Virus record (IMG/VR): IMGVR_UViG_3300037067_011000
Location: 10,632 to 74,631 of that record
Length of the DNA stretch: 64,000 nucleotides
Origin: a virus
Taxonomy: Duplodnaviria > Caudoviricetes
Direction: 5' to 3' (one strand)
The translations under genes were made by a program, and so were the position numbers. Below the pieces are notes generated by a model that was given only the letters and a program-made list of their open reading frames with translations, did no database searches and was not told where the DNA came from. This document shows positions 7,908 to 16,689 of this stretch, piece by piece (positions within the stretch are counted from its first letter, which is position 1; every line of letters starts with the position of its first letter).

Positions 7908-8542
7908 GAGTACTAAACCTTTATAGTGGCTTAGGGGGGAATAGAAAACTTTGGGAAAGTGTTGAAGTAACTGCTATTGAAAACAATCCTGAAATAGCTA
8001 AATTCTACCAAGAACACTTTCCCAAAGATATAATGATAATTACAGATGCTCATGATTATCTACTAAATCATTATTTTGAATATGACTTTATTTGGAGTTC
8101 TATAAATTGTCCTTCACATAGTCGTGCCAGGTTTTGGGGGAGTAAACCAAATGGAAAAATAAAACCGGTATTTCCAGATATGAAACTTTATGAGGAAATT
8201 ATATTTTTAGAACACTATTTTGAAGGTTTGTGGGTAGTGGAAAATGTTGTACCATATTACACACCTTTAATTGTACCTTCTGTAAAACTTGGGAGACATT
8301 TATTCTGGTCTAATTACACTATCCAACAACAAAAATTTGAGGATGCAGATATAAATAGAGGGAATAAAGAAGAATGGCAGAATTTACATGGTTTTGATAT
8401 AACAGGATATAAATTTACTTCCAGAAGGGATAAGATACTTCGTAATTGTGTAAATCCTCAACTTGGGTTGCATATTTTAAATTGTGCTTTAGGTAAACAA
8501 ACAGAAATTTTAAATCGTCCAGAAACATTTTTTAATTTATAA
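7904..8542 (+). CDS. DNA cytosine-5 methyltransferase (short phage type)
   Basis: Motif I LNLYSGLGG; motif IV WSSINC (normally SPPC); motif VI VENV. Confidence 0.8.
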   Translation: MRVLNLYSGLGGNRKLWESVEVTAIENNPEIAKFYQEHFPKDIMIITDAHDYLLNHYFEYDFIWSSINCPSHSRARFWGSKPNGKIKPVFPDMKLYEEIIFLEHYFEGLWVVENVVPYYTPLIVPSVKLGRHLFWSNYTIQQQKFEDADINRGNKEEWQNLHGFDITGYKFTSRRDKILRNCVNPQLGLHILNCALGKQTEILNRPETFFNL

Positions 8543-8544
8543 CT

Positions 8545-9564
8545 ATGAAAATTAACAAAACAGACTTACAAAATGCTTTGGAGAGGGTTAAGCCAGGGTT
8601 GAGTAGTAAAGAAACTATTCAACAAAGTACCTCCTTCTGTTTTTTAGAAGGAAATGTAGTAACGTATAATGACGAAATATCAATCGCTTCGCCTGTGGAA
8701 AATCTGAATATTACAGGTGCAGTACAAGCCACTGAACTCTATCAACTGCTCAAAAAGCTAAAGCAAGAGGAAATTTCTCTTGAAGTCAGCGAAAATGAGA
8801 TACTGATAACTTCAGGAAAGACAAAAGCAGGTCTTATACTTCAAACGGAGATAAAGTTACCACTTTCCGAAGTGGAAAGGAAATCCGAGTGGAAAATCCT
8901 TCCAGAAGGATTTAAAGAGGCCTTACGCTTCGTTGTAAGTTCCTGTTCAAAGGATATGTCCAAACCTGTCCTTACCTGTGTCCACATTAATGCTGTGGGG
9001 TTTATAGAGGGTTGTGACAATTACAGGGTGGCACGTTGGATGTTAGAAGGGGAATTTCCGACAGGAACATTTTTGATACCTCAAAGTAGTGTCTTGGAAC
9101 TTCTGAAACTTGAACCTGTTAAGGTAGCACTTGATGGTGGGTGGGTACACTTTATAACAGAGGACAAAACCATGATGAGTTGCAGGGTGATTGACGATAA
9201 ATTTCCAGACACAAGTAAACTACTGAACCAAAGTGGAAATGAAGTAAGTTTGCCTGATGGAATTACAGAAGTGCTCGATAGAGCAGGGATTTTTGCGAAA
9301 AGGGACAGTCAGTTAGACGAGGATATTTCGATTATATTGGACAAGGGAAAAGTCAGGGTTGAAAGCAAAAGCGAAACAGGGTGGTTCAAGGAGGAGGTCC
9401 CCAATGAAATTTATAAAGGTGAGGAGGTTCAGTTTGATATTACTCCAAGTTTGCTGAAAGACATTCTGAAAGAAACTAATGTTTTCAGTCATTGTGGTAG
9501 GATGTTGAAGTTTGAAAGTGGAAATTGGAAATATGTTGTTAGTTTAAGAGGTGGAAAACAATGA
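8545..9564 (+). CDS. dnaN: DNA sliding clamp (beta-clamp-like)
   Basis: 339 aa; INKTDLQNALERV start; SKDMSKPVLTCVHI...GCDNYRVA; CRVIDDKFPD motifs typical of DnaN. Confidence 0.75.
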   Translation: MKINKTDLQNALERVKPGLSSKETIQQSTSFCFLEGNVVTYNDEISIASPVENLNITGAVQATELYQLLKKLKQEEISLEVSENEILITSGKTKAGLILQTEIKLPLSEVERKSEWKILPEGFKEALRFVVSSCSKDMSKPVLTCVHINAVGFIEGCDNYRVARWMLEGEFPTGTFLIPQSSVLELLKLEPVKVALDGGWVHFITEDKTMMSCRVIDDKFPDTSKLLNQSGNEVSLPDGITEVLDRAGIFAKRDSQLDEDISIILDKGKVRVESKSETGWFKEEVPNEIYKGEEVQFDITPSLLKDILKETNVFSHCGRMLKFESGNWKYVVSLRGGKQ

Positions 9565-10181
9565 CACAGGAAGGGATCTTCTCAAAGACAGAGGTGCAAT
9601 CTATCAACAGACCTGGTGGTAAAACATTGAGTTGCCATTCTTGCGGATTATATCAAAATTGTAACTCTCCTTGGATGAAAGTGCAGGGCACCGGCAAGAA
9701 GCATATTCTCAACGTGTTTGAGTACCCCCCCTTTGAGGATGATAAAGCAGGAAGAATGTTTCAGAGTAAATCAGGCAGGCTTGTAACCAAAACTTTGAAA
9801 TCCTTGGGTGTAGATATACTTGGGGACTGTTACAATATCCATGCTCTTTCTTGTTTTCCTGATAACAAATATACGGCACATAGTGTTGATTGCTGCCGAA
9901 AATTTGTATTGAAAGCAATACAGGAACATCAACCTAAAGTGGTGTTACTATTTGGTAACTTACCTTTACAGACGGTGATTGGACAAAGGTGGAAAAGGGA
10001 TTTAGGAGGGATTAACAAGTGGAGAGGTTGGACGATTCCCGACCAGAATTTCCAGTGTTGGATTTGCCCTGTGTTTAGTCCTGAATATGTGGAAAGGAGT
10101 TTTGGGGAGTTTGACAAGATTACCGCAGAGAATACAGTTTGGGTAAATGATTTGAAACAGATAATAAATTTAGTGGTATGA
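9561..10181 (+). CDS. family-4 uracil-DNA-glycosylase-like domain (N-terminal piece of split PolA)
   Basis: CxxC..C, SCFP and DCCR Fe-S ligands; QPKVVLLFG motif; catalytic motifs degenerate. Confidence 0.75.
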   Translation: MTQEGIFSKTEVQSINRPGGKTLSCHSCGLYQNCNSPWMKVQGTGKKHILNVFEYPPFEDDKAGRMFQSKSGRLVTKTLKSLGVDILGDCYNIHALSCFPDNKYTAHSVDCCRKFVLKAIQEHQPKVVLLFGNLPLQTVIGQRWKRDLGGINKWRGWTIPDQNFQCWICPVFSPEYVERSFGEFDKITAENTVWVNDLKQIINLVV

Positions 10182-12736
10182 TAAAACTTCTTCTTGGTGA
10201 TAGTGCAGACATTTTAAAGACTTTGGAAGATAATTCTGTTGATTCTGTTGTAAGCGATCCCCCAGCGGGCATCGCCTTCATGGGGCGTTCGTGGGATTCA
10301 GATAAAGGTGGTAGAGATTTATGGATAAAATGGCTTAGTGGTATTTTTGTTGAAGTAAAAAGAGTTTTAAAGCCTGGAGGTCATTGTTTAGTTTGGGCAT
10401 TGCCCAGAACCTCACATTGGACAGGAGTGGCATTGGAAGATGTGGGGTTTGAGGTGAGGGATTGTGTGTATCATGTTTTCGGGTGTTTGTCGGAAGATAC
10501 AGAAATATTAACAATTAATGGGTGGGAACATTACCATAAAAATATTTGTTTATATCCCGTATTGTGTTACCTTTGTGAAGAAAATAGATTTGAATTTCAC
10601 AAACCAACAAAAAAATACTTCTATGAAAACAAATATCCCGCTTACAGAATACAATCAGATCATACAGATCAAATCGTCTCCAGAAATCATCGTGTCCTTG
10701 TTGAACGAAGCGGAAGAAAGGAATTTGTTTTTGCCGAAACATTGGAACAGCAAGAGAACATACCCTTTTTGGAAAGTCTGTCAGATTTGCCAGAAACCCT
10801 TTCCAACATACACGAAGGAAAAAGCATTACGAAACAAGACTTGTTCTATCGTATGCAGAGGCATACAAATATCCAAAGCAAAAAAAGGAGTTTCTCATGG
10901 AAGAACAGCACCTTGGATAAAAGAACCTTGTGCACATTGTGGAAAAATAGTGGAAATGAGGAAGAAACAACGCAAGTACAGCAAAAAGGTATATTGCAGT
11001 TATTCTTGTCGTGCAAAAGAACACTCCAAACACTTACTTCTTTTTTGTTCAAATGGCAAAGGGAAGAAAAATCCCAAAAAGGGCATGAAATTAGAGAAAA
11101 ATCCTGCATGGAAAGGTGGTGTAACATATTTCAAAACACATGGGAATTATGTTGGGGTAAAATATGTCAGATGTCCAATAGAGTATTTATCTATGGCACG
11201 AAAAGATGGGTATGTTATGGAACACCGTCTTATTGTAGCCATGCAGCTTCAACGTCCTTTACTTCGGACGGAAACAGTTCATCACATAGATCACAACCCA
11301 ACGAACAACGATCCTTTAAATCTGATGTTATTCAAAACAAATCAGGAACACAAACTGTACGAGGGACAACAGCGACAGTTACAGAAATAGAATATAAAGG
11401 AAATGTGTGGTGTGTAGAAGTTCCCACAGGAGCTTTTGTTGCTCGAAGAAATGGAAAAATATTTATTACAGGTAATTCTGGCTTTCCGAAAAGTATGAAC
11501 ATTGGGAAAGCTGTGGATGCAATAGGTGGACAATCTTTATCTTGGTTTATAGATTATATTTTAGAAGTTGCTGATGAAAAAGGTATAAGTAGAAAGGAAT
11601 TAACAATGTTATTTCCAAGTAAAAATGGAAATCCTACGGGGTGGTTATGGAATAAACAAAAGACACAAGGGATAACTATTGATCAATTTAATAAAATAAA
11701 AACCTTTTTAAATTTACCATTTGAAAATATAGAAGAAACTAAACGAGAAGTTATAGGAAAAGGAAAAGCAGGTTTAACAGCAGGGAGTATTGCTAACTTT
11801 GCAGGGGAAAAAGAATTTGATTTGACCAAAGGCACTTCTGTATTTGAAGGTTGGGGTACAGCACTTAAACCTGCTGTTGAATGTTGGTGGTTGGTAAGGA
11901 AACCCATAAGTGAAAATACAATAGCAGAAAACGTGTTAAAACATGGTACAGGGGGGTTGAATATTGAAATGTGCAGAATCCCTTTACAAGAAACAGGGGA
12001 AGATTCTCGTTTAGGAGGGAAGGGTACATGGTCAACTGAAAATGCAGGTTGGGTTGTAAGTGGGTCAAAAAGAGAAAGGGTTAGTTCATCAGAAAAAGGC
12101 AGATTTCCAAGTAATCTTATTCATGATGGTTCAGAAGAAGTCCTTTCATATTTCCCAAATGCAGGGGGTCAGCAAGGGGATCTTACAAATCATACAAGGG
12201 TTATAAAATCTCCAAATGGGATTTGTGGAACACAAACCCCACGTTTTGATGCAATAGCAAGAGAAGAAAATGATAAATCAGCAGCAAGATTTTTCTATTG
12301 TTCTAAGCCTTCTCCAAGTGAACGTCAGTTTGGTTGTGGTGAAATAGAAGAAAAGTTTGACAGTCCACGTCCTTGGTGTACAGAAGAAAGTGACAGAGGT
12401 AGAATTGCAACAAGAATGGTTTCCCGTACAGGGAAGAACAACCATCCTACGGTAAAATCCATAAAATTAATGAGTTACCTCTGTAAATTGATCACTCCCA
12501 AAGGCGGGATTATCTTAGATCCTTTCATGGGGAGTGGTAGTACAGGAATTGCTGCAAAAATAAATTCTTTTAGTTTTATTGGAATTGAGAAAGAAGAACC
12601 TTATTTGAAAATTGCAGAAGCAAGAATAAAAGCCCACACAGTTGGAAAAGTAACTGTGCCTAAAGTAAAAAAGGAAAAAGTGTTAAAAGTAGAATCAAGT
12701 AGTGAAACTGTTCAAAATACTTTATTTGAATTATGA
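10178..12736 (+). CDS. N4/N6 DNA methyltransferase (beta class) containing an intein
   Basis: Catalytic DPPA motif near N-terminus; SAM-binding DPFMGSGSTG near C-terminus; HPTVK; FG|SGFPKS restored on intein removal. Confidence 0.9.
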   Translation: MIKLLLGDSADILKTLEDNSVDSVVSDPPAGIAFMGRSWDSDKGGRDLWIKWLSGIFVEVKRVLKPGGHCLVWALPRTSHWTGVALEDVGFEVRDCVYHVFGCLSEDTEILTINGWEHYHKNICLYPVLCYLCEENRFEFHKPTKKYFYENKYPAYRIQSDHTDQIVSRNHRVLVERSGRKEFVFAETLEQQENIPFLESLSDLPETLSNIHEGKSITKQDLFYRMQRHTNIQSKKRSFSWKNSTLDKRTLCTLWKNSGNEEETTQVQQKGILQLFLSCKRTLQTLTSFLFKWQREEKSQKGHEIREKSCMERWCNIFQNTWELCWGKICQMSNRVFIYGTKRWVCYGTPSYCSHAASTSFTSDGNSSSHRSQPNEQRSFKSDVIQNKSGTQTVRGTTATVTEIEYKGNVWCVEVPTGAFVARRNGKIFITGNSGFPKSMNIGKAVDAIGGQSLSWFIDYILEVADEKGISRKELTMLFPSKNGNPTGWLWNKQKTQGITIDQFNKIKTFLNLPFENIEETKREVIGKGKAGLTAGSIANFAGEKEFDLTKGTSVFEGWGTALKPAVECWWLVRKPISENTIAENVLKHGTGGLNIEMCRIPLQETGEDSRLGGKGTWSTENAGWVVSGSKRERVSSSEKGRFPSNLIHDGSEEVLSYFPNAGGQQGDLTNHTRVIKSPNGICGTQTPRFDAIAREENDKSAARFFYCSKPSPSERQFGCGEIEEKFDSPRPWCTEESDRGRIATRMVSRTGKNNHPTVKSIKLMSYLCKLITPKGGIILDPFMGSGSTGIAAKINSFSFIGIEKEEPYLKIAEARIKAHTVGKVTVPKVKKEKVLKVESSSETVQNTLFEL
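10484..11476 (+). mobile_element. intein (331 aa) in DNA methylase
   Basis: Block A CLSEDTEILTINGW; block B IVSRNHRVL; block F VWCVEVPTGAFVARRNG; block G FITGN followed by +1 Ser. Confidence 0.9.
10518..11390 (+). CDS. HNH homing endonuclease nested in the +1 frame of the intein
   Basis: CxxC/CSxxC zinc repeats, NPAWKGG, MEHRLIVA...ETVHHIDHNPTNNDPLNL; start may be 10518 or 10623. Confidence 0.85.
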   Translation: MGGNITIKIFVYIPYCVTFVKKIDLNFTNQQKNTSMKTNIPLTEYNQIIQIKSSPEIIVSLLNEAEERNLFLPKHWNSKRTYPFWKVCQICQKPFPTYTKEKALRNKTCSIVCRGIQISKAKKGVSHGRTAPWIKEPCAHCGKIVEMRKKQRKYSKKVYCSYSCRAKEHSKHLLLFCSNGKGKKNPKKGMKLEKNPAWKGGVTYFKTHGNYVGVKYVRCPIEYLSMARKDGYVMEHRLIVAMQLQRPLLRTETVHHIDHNPTNNDPLNLMLFKTNQEHKLYEGQQRQLQK

Positions 12737-13083
12737 AAATAGTTTACATAGCACACCCTGTTTCGGGAGACATTACAGGAAATCTGAAAAAGATACAAAG
12801 TATCATTCGTCAAATTAATCTTTACTACCCTGACATTTTACCTTTTGCACATTATGTAGTGGATTGTTATTCTTTGGATGATGACAATCCTATTGAAAGA
12901 TTAAGAGGTATAAAAAATGATATAGCTTTGTTAAAAGCAGGTTTCGTAAATGAAATGTGGTTGTATGGAAATAAGATAAGCGAGGGAATGAAAGCTGAAA
13001 TTAAATTAGCAAAAGAACTTGGTATTCTTGTTTGTCCAAAAACAACAGAAACTATGGAAGAATATATAAAATATAATCTATGA
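12733..13083 (+). CDS. DUF4406/DUF7768-like (nucleoside deoxyribosyltransferase-like) protein
   Basis: VYIAHPVSG start; EMWLYG..ISEGMKAEI..A..LGI C-terminus. Confidence 0.7.
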   Translation: MKIVYIAHPVSGDITGNLKKIQSIIRQINLYYPDILPFAHYVVDCYSLDDDNPIERLRGIKNDIALLKAGFVNEMWLYGNKISEGMKAEIKLAKELGILVCPKTTETMEEYIKYNL

Positions 13084-13667
13084 GAGAGTTTCCCATATAC
13101 AAAGAATCTTCCATTGAAGTCATAGAAGACTTAGAAATTCTAAGGACAATAACTGAACCATTTGCATGGGACATAGAAACAAATTCTATTAAAAGCCATT
13201 CACAGGAAAGTAAGATAATATCAGTTGCTATTTGTGATAGTGAAGAAAGGGTTTTTGTTTTTATGATGCCTCAGAAGAGAAGTTTGAGGCTTCCACTTGT
13301 GGAATTATTAACAAACCCCAACATAGGTAAATATGCACACAATTTAAAATTTGAACATTCTTGGGTTGAAAGCAAGTTGGGTATAGTTGTTCGGGGATGG
13401 CAATTGGATACAATGTTAATGTGTCATTGTGAAGATAATCGTTCAGGGATAACTTCATTAAAATTTCAGACATTTGTAAATTTTGGGGTGTTTGATTACA
13501 GTTCGGAAATTGAACCTTATTTAAAAGCAAAGGAAGAAAAAAACGCAAATTCTATAAATCATATTGAAGAATTAATTTCAACAGAATCGGGTAAAGCAAA
13601 ACTATTAAAATATAATGCACTTGATGCTTTTTTTACTTATAAGTTAGCTAAAAAACAAATGTCATGA
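13080..13667 (+). CDS. 3'-5' exonuclease domain (middle piece of split PolA)
   Basis: ExoI WDIET, ExoII HNLKFE, DTML, ExoIII YNALDA. Confidence 0.85.
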   Translation: MREFPIYKESSIEVIEDLEILRTITEPFAWDIETNSIKSHSQESKIISVAICDSEERVFVFMMPQKRSLRLPLVELLTNPNIGKYAHNLKFEHSWVESKLGIVVRGWQLDTMLMCHCEDNRSGITSLKFQTFVNFGVFDYSSEIEPYLKAKEEKNANSINHIEELISTESGKAKLLKYNALDAFFTYKLAKKQMS

Positions 13668-14217
13668 AAAAAGGAAAAAGGAAATCACGAGTAGGGGATC
13701 TGAATAGTAATTGGAAGGGTGGTATGACAATTGAACCAAGTGGACGAGTTTTAATTCGTGTAAATCAAAAATCTGTGTATAGGTACAGATTAGTAATGGA
13801 AGAACAATTAGGAAGAAAACTAAAAAGAGTGAAATTGTACATCATATCAATAGTGTTGTTGATGATGACAGACCTGAAAATTTACAAGTATTGTTCCAAA
13901 GTGAACATGCAAGAATACATGGTTTAAATTGTTCTGATGAATCAAGACAAAAAAGAAAAAGATTAGGGGAAGACAATCATTGGTTTGGAAAACATCATAA
14001 ACCTGAAACTATTGAAATATTTAAAGAAATAGCAAGAAATAGGGAACCTACAAGAACAGGAGCAGTATTAACAAGGGATACATGTAATAAAATATCAGAA
14101 TCTCTCAAAGCATTTTATCAAACAAAAGAAGGAGAATTAGCAAAAAAGAATATCAGCAAAGTTCATAAAGGTAAAAACTTCAATGAAAATCAACAACCTA
14201 CACTTGGATTATTATGA
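13664..14217 (+). pseudogene. frameshifted HNH/NUMOD3 homing endonuclease
   Basis: Frame 1 gives NWKGG...RLVMEEQLGRKLK; continues in the -1 frame from 13828 as SEIVHHIN...PENL..EHARIH then HWFGKHHKPET (NUMOD3-like); break at A-run 13822-13826. Confidence 0.75.
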
Positions 14218-14441
14218 CCCTAAAATCAAAAGTAACACCAGTTGAGGATTGGCAGAAAGCTGTCAAGGAACACATTGATAAACTTGATGAAGATGAAAAA
14301 AGAGAGTTTGCACATAAAGTGATTTATGAAATTGCACTTTGGACAGGATATAATGGATATGAGATGATAGGTTTGTTGGAGTGTGTGAAAATAGATTTGT
14401 TGAACGATTTAAATTATATTGAGGACGAAGAAGATGAATAA
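14214..14441 (+). CDS. hypothetical protein
   Basis: ATGA-coupled small ORF inside the PolA split. Confidence 0.6.
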   Translation: MTLKSKVTPVEDWQKAVKEHIDKLDEDEKREFAHKVIYEIALWTGYNGYEMIGLLECVKIDLLNDLNYIEDEEDE

Positions 14442-14646
14442 AATTATAATTGACAACAGAAGTGATTTATTTGCTGATGAAGCCTTTGAATTAGTTTTGA
14501 GAGTTATTAAACGAGGTAGAATATCAAATAATAATACTCAATATTGTTATTTAACTGTATTTACAATTGATCCATGTAAATATCAAGTTAGTACTGATTT
14601 GAATAAATGTTCTGACAGATTTGTAATTGTTAAAGAACCAAAATGA
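14434..14646 (+). CDS. hypothetical protein
   Basis: Likely ATG start at 14434 (track starts at TTG 14419). Confidence 0.55.
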   Translation: MNKIIIDNRSDLFADEAFELVLRVIKRGRISNNNTQYCYLTVFTIDPCKYQVSTDLNKCSDRFVIVKEPK

Positions 14647-14828
14647 TGAATAAAAATGATAAGGGGAAATTCTTGGCTGCTATACAAACAGCAAGGAGTT
14701 TACATTTTATAGATTTTGTAATTTGGGATGTGTTTAAGTCATATAAAAGCAAGAAGTTTATGGAATGTATTAAAAATGGTATGCATTGGGAAGCAGCATT
14801 TCAAACAGCAAAGAAAGTAAAAAGATGA
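14643..14828 (+). CDS. hypothetical protein
   Basis: Stop overlaps the polymerase ATG (ATGA). Confidence 0.55.
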   Translation: MMNKNDKGKFLAAIQTARSLHFIDFVIWDVFKSYKSKKFMECIKNGMHWEAAFQTAKKVKR

Positions 14829-16201
14829 TATATAATCCCCATACAAAAGATGCATATGACTTGCTGCATGCAGGAACTTTAGCCTTACAAAGAGCAGAAA
14901 GTCAAGGATTTAGAATTGACGTGCCATATTGTGAACGTAAAATCCATCAACTTGAACGGAAGATGACATCCTTGGAAGAAGAATTTAAGGAAACTACATT
15001 CTTTCGTCATTGGGAACATTCCACAAGTGGAAAAGTCAATATCAATTCTCCTACACAACTTTCCAACTATCTCTACAATATCAAAAAGCTGAAACCTACA
15101 AAACTTACCGAAACCGGTAAAGGTTCTACTGACGAAGAGGCTTTGGATGCTTTGAATATTCCTGAACTGAAAGCCTTGGCACAAAAGGGGAAGTTGAAGA
15201 AGTGTAAGGATGTGCTTCATGGTTTCTTGACGGAACAGGTAGATGGGGTGCTTCACCCAAGTTACAATTTGTATTTGGTGGTTAGCTATAGGTCAAGTTC
15301 CAACAATCCTAACATGCAAAACGCCCCCAAGAGAGACCCTGAGGCAATGAAAATTGTTCGTACAGCAATCATTCCCCCAGAGGGTTATCAGTTTATGGAA
15401 GTAGACTTCAAGGGTATCGAGGTAGCCATAAATTGTGCATACAATAAGGATACAAACCTTGTTAAATATGTTTCTGACCCTACTACGGATATGCATAGGG
15501 ACATGGCGATACAAATATTTAAACTCGATGATTATGACAAGTCTATTCATAAAGGTTTAAGATATACAGCAAAGAATGGTTTTGTGTTTCCACAATTCTA
15601 CGGTGATTATTACAAGAATTGTGCAAACAATATGGCTTGTACACAGTGGCAGCTCCCACAGGGAAAATGGAAAGCAGGACAAGGGTTAAAGTTTGGGGAT
15701 ACTCATTTATCTGATCATTTAATAAGTAAAGGGATAAAGTCGTTTGACAATTTTGTAGATCATATCAAAGAGATTGAAGATGACTTTTGGGGAAACAGGT
15801 TTCAGGAGTATGGTGAATGGAAGGATATGTGGTGGAAAACCTATCGCAAGTACGGGTATTTTACAATGCTTACGGGGTTTCAGTGTTCAGGAGTGATGAA
15901 CAAGAAAGAAGTTTGCAATTATCCAGGACAGGGGTCAGCATTTCATTGTTTACTAAAAACTTTCATTGATACAGATGCTATGATTATTAAAGAAAAACTA
16001 AGTTCACGTTTAATTGGGCAAATTCATGATTCGGAAATTTTGACAGTTTTGCCCGATGAGTGTGCTTTTTTAAAGGAGAGAATTAACAAGATAGCAACAG
16101 AGGATCTTCCTAATGCTTGGAAATGGATTAATGTACCACTTGCTGTGGATTTTTCAATTGGGAGTGTAGATCAACCTTGGTCAGAAAAAATTGAGGAATA
16201 G
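14825..16201 (+). CDS. polA: family A DNA polymerase, polymerase domain only
   Basis: NINSPTQL, RSSSNNPNMQN, motif A VDFKGIEV, motif B RYTAKNGFVFPQFYG, NYPGQGSA, motif C QIHDS; likely start ATG 14825. Confidence 0.92.
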   Translation: MIYNPHTKDAYDLLHAGTLALQRAESQGFRIDVPYCERKIHQLERKMTSLEEEFKETTFFRHWEHSTSGKVNINSPTQLSNYLYNIKKLKPTKLTETGKGSTDEEALDALNIPELKALAQKGKLKKCKDVLHGFLTEQVDGVLHPSYNLYLVVSYRSSSNNPNMQNAPKRDPEAMKIVRTAIIPPEGYQFMEVDFKGIEVAINCAYNKDTNLVKYVSDPTTDMHRDMAIQIFKLDDYDKSIHKGLRYTAKNGFVFPQFYGDYYKNCANNMACTQWQLPQGKWKAGQGLKFGDTHLSDHLISKGIKSFDNFVDHIKEIEDDFWGNRFQEYGEWKDMWWKTYRKYGYFTMLTGFQCSGVMNKKEVCNYPGQGSAFHCLLKTFIDTDAMIIKEKLSSRLIGQIHDSEILTVLPDECAFLKERINKIATEDLPNAWKWINVPLAVDFSIGSVDQPWSEKIEE

Positions 16202-16236
16202 TTGAAAGATATTTCAGTTTTTACTATCTTAATTGG

Positions 16237-16254
16237 AAAATTAATTGTATAATG
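16237..16254 (+). promoter_or_regulatory. putative promoter AAAATTAATTGTATAATG
   Basis: Intergenic after polA; same motif as 5322 and 23730; 4 nt before the next ATG. Confidence 0.45.
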
Positions 16255-16258
16255 TACT

Positions 16259-16444
16259 ATGAAAGCAAAAGCAAAAGCAAAAGAATCTATCATAGGTAAA
16301 CCTGAAAAGATAATCAGGAAATATGGTTACGAGTATCATCTTGTCGAAAGTGATGACAGGGATAGTTATAAATTACCAAATGCTTGTGCTTTTGGGTATG
16401 TAGGTTGGGCATTAAAATCTGTAAATAAAATAAAAGAGGGATGA
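16259..16444 (+). CDS. hypothetical protein
   Basis: ORF track; coupled to the next gene. Confidence 0.5.
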   Translation: MKAKAKAKESIIGKPEKIIRKYGYEYHLVESDDRDSYKLPNACAFGYVGWALKSVNKIKEG

Positions 16445-16689
16445 ATGTTGTTATAAATCAGATTAAAGAAGAAAAAATAGATGTTACAACATCGGATTTT
16501 CCTGGCATATCACAAGGATTGAGGGATTATTTAATAACAGGATGGAAAATAATGTTTACTATATATTTACCAACTTTTATATTACAAGGGGAATGTTGGA
16601 GAACGCATGATAAACACAAAACAATTGTAATTTTAGAAAAAGAAATTCTTGATAAAATAACAAATGAATTAAAAGCAGATTTGAAATGA
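16441..16689 (+). CDS. hypothetical protein
   Basis: ORF track; ATGA overlaps at both ends. Confidence 0.55.
   Translation: MNVVINQIKEEKIDVTTSDFPGISQGLRDYLITGWKIMFTIYLPTFILQGECWRTHDKHKTIVILEKEILDKITNELKADLK

Noticed and set aside
13668-14824. Group I intron interrupting polA (as in SPO1)
   Set aside because: The interval is fully packed with ATGA-coupled ORFs, with no room or recognisable P/Q/R/S core; both exons have their own stop and start
10178-14828. Excisable DNA elements that would rejoin polA
   Set aside because: No direct or inverted repeats at the junctions beyond ATGA, joining at ATGA leaves a stop codon, and no recombinase is visible
16203-16222. Terminator after polA (TGAAA-GATA-TTTCA then T5)
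   Set aside because: Stem of only 5 mostly A-T pairs; too weak to call
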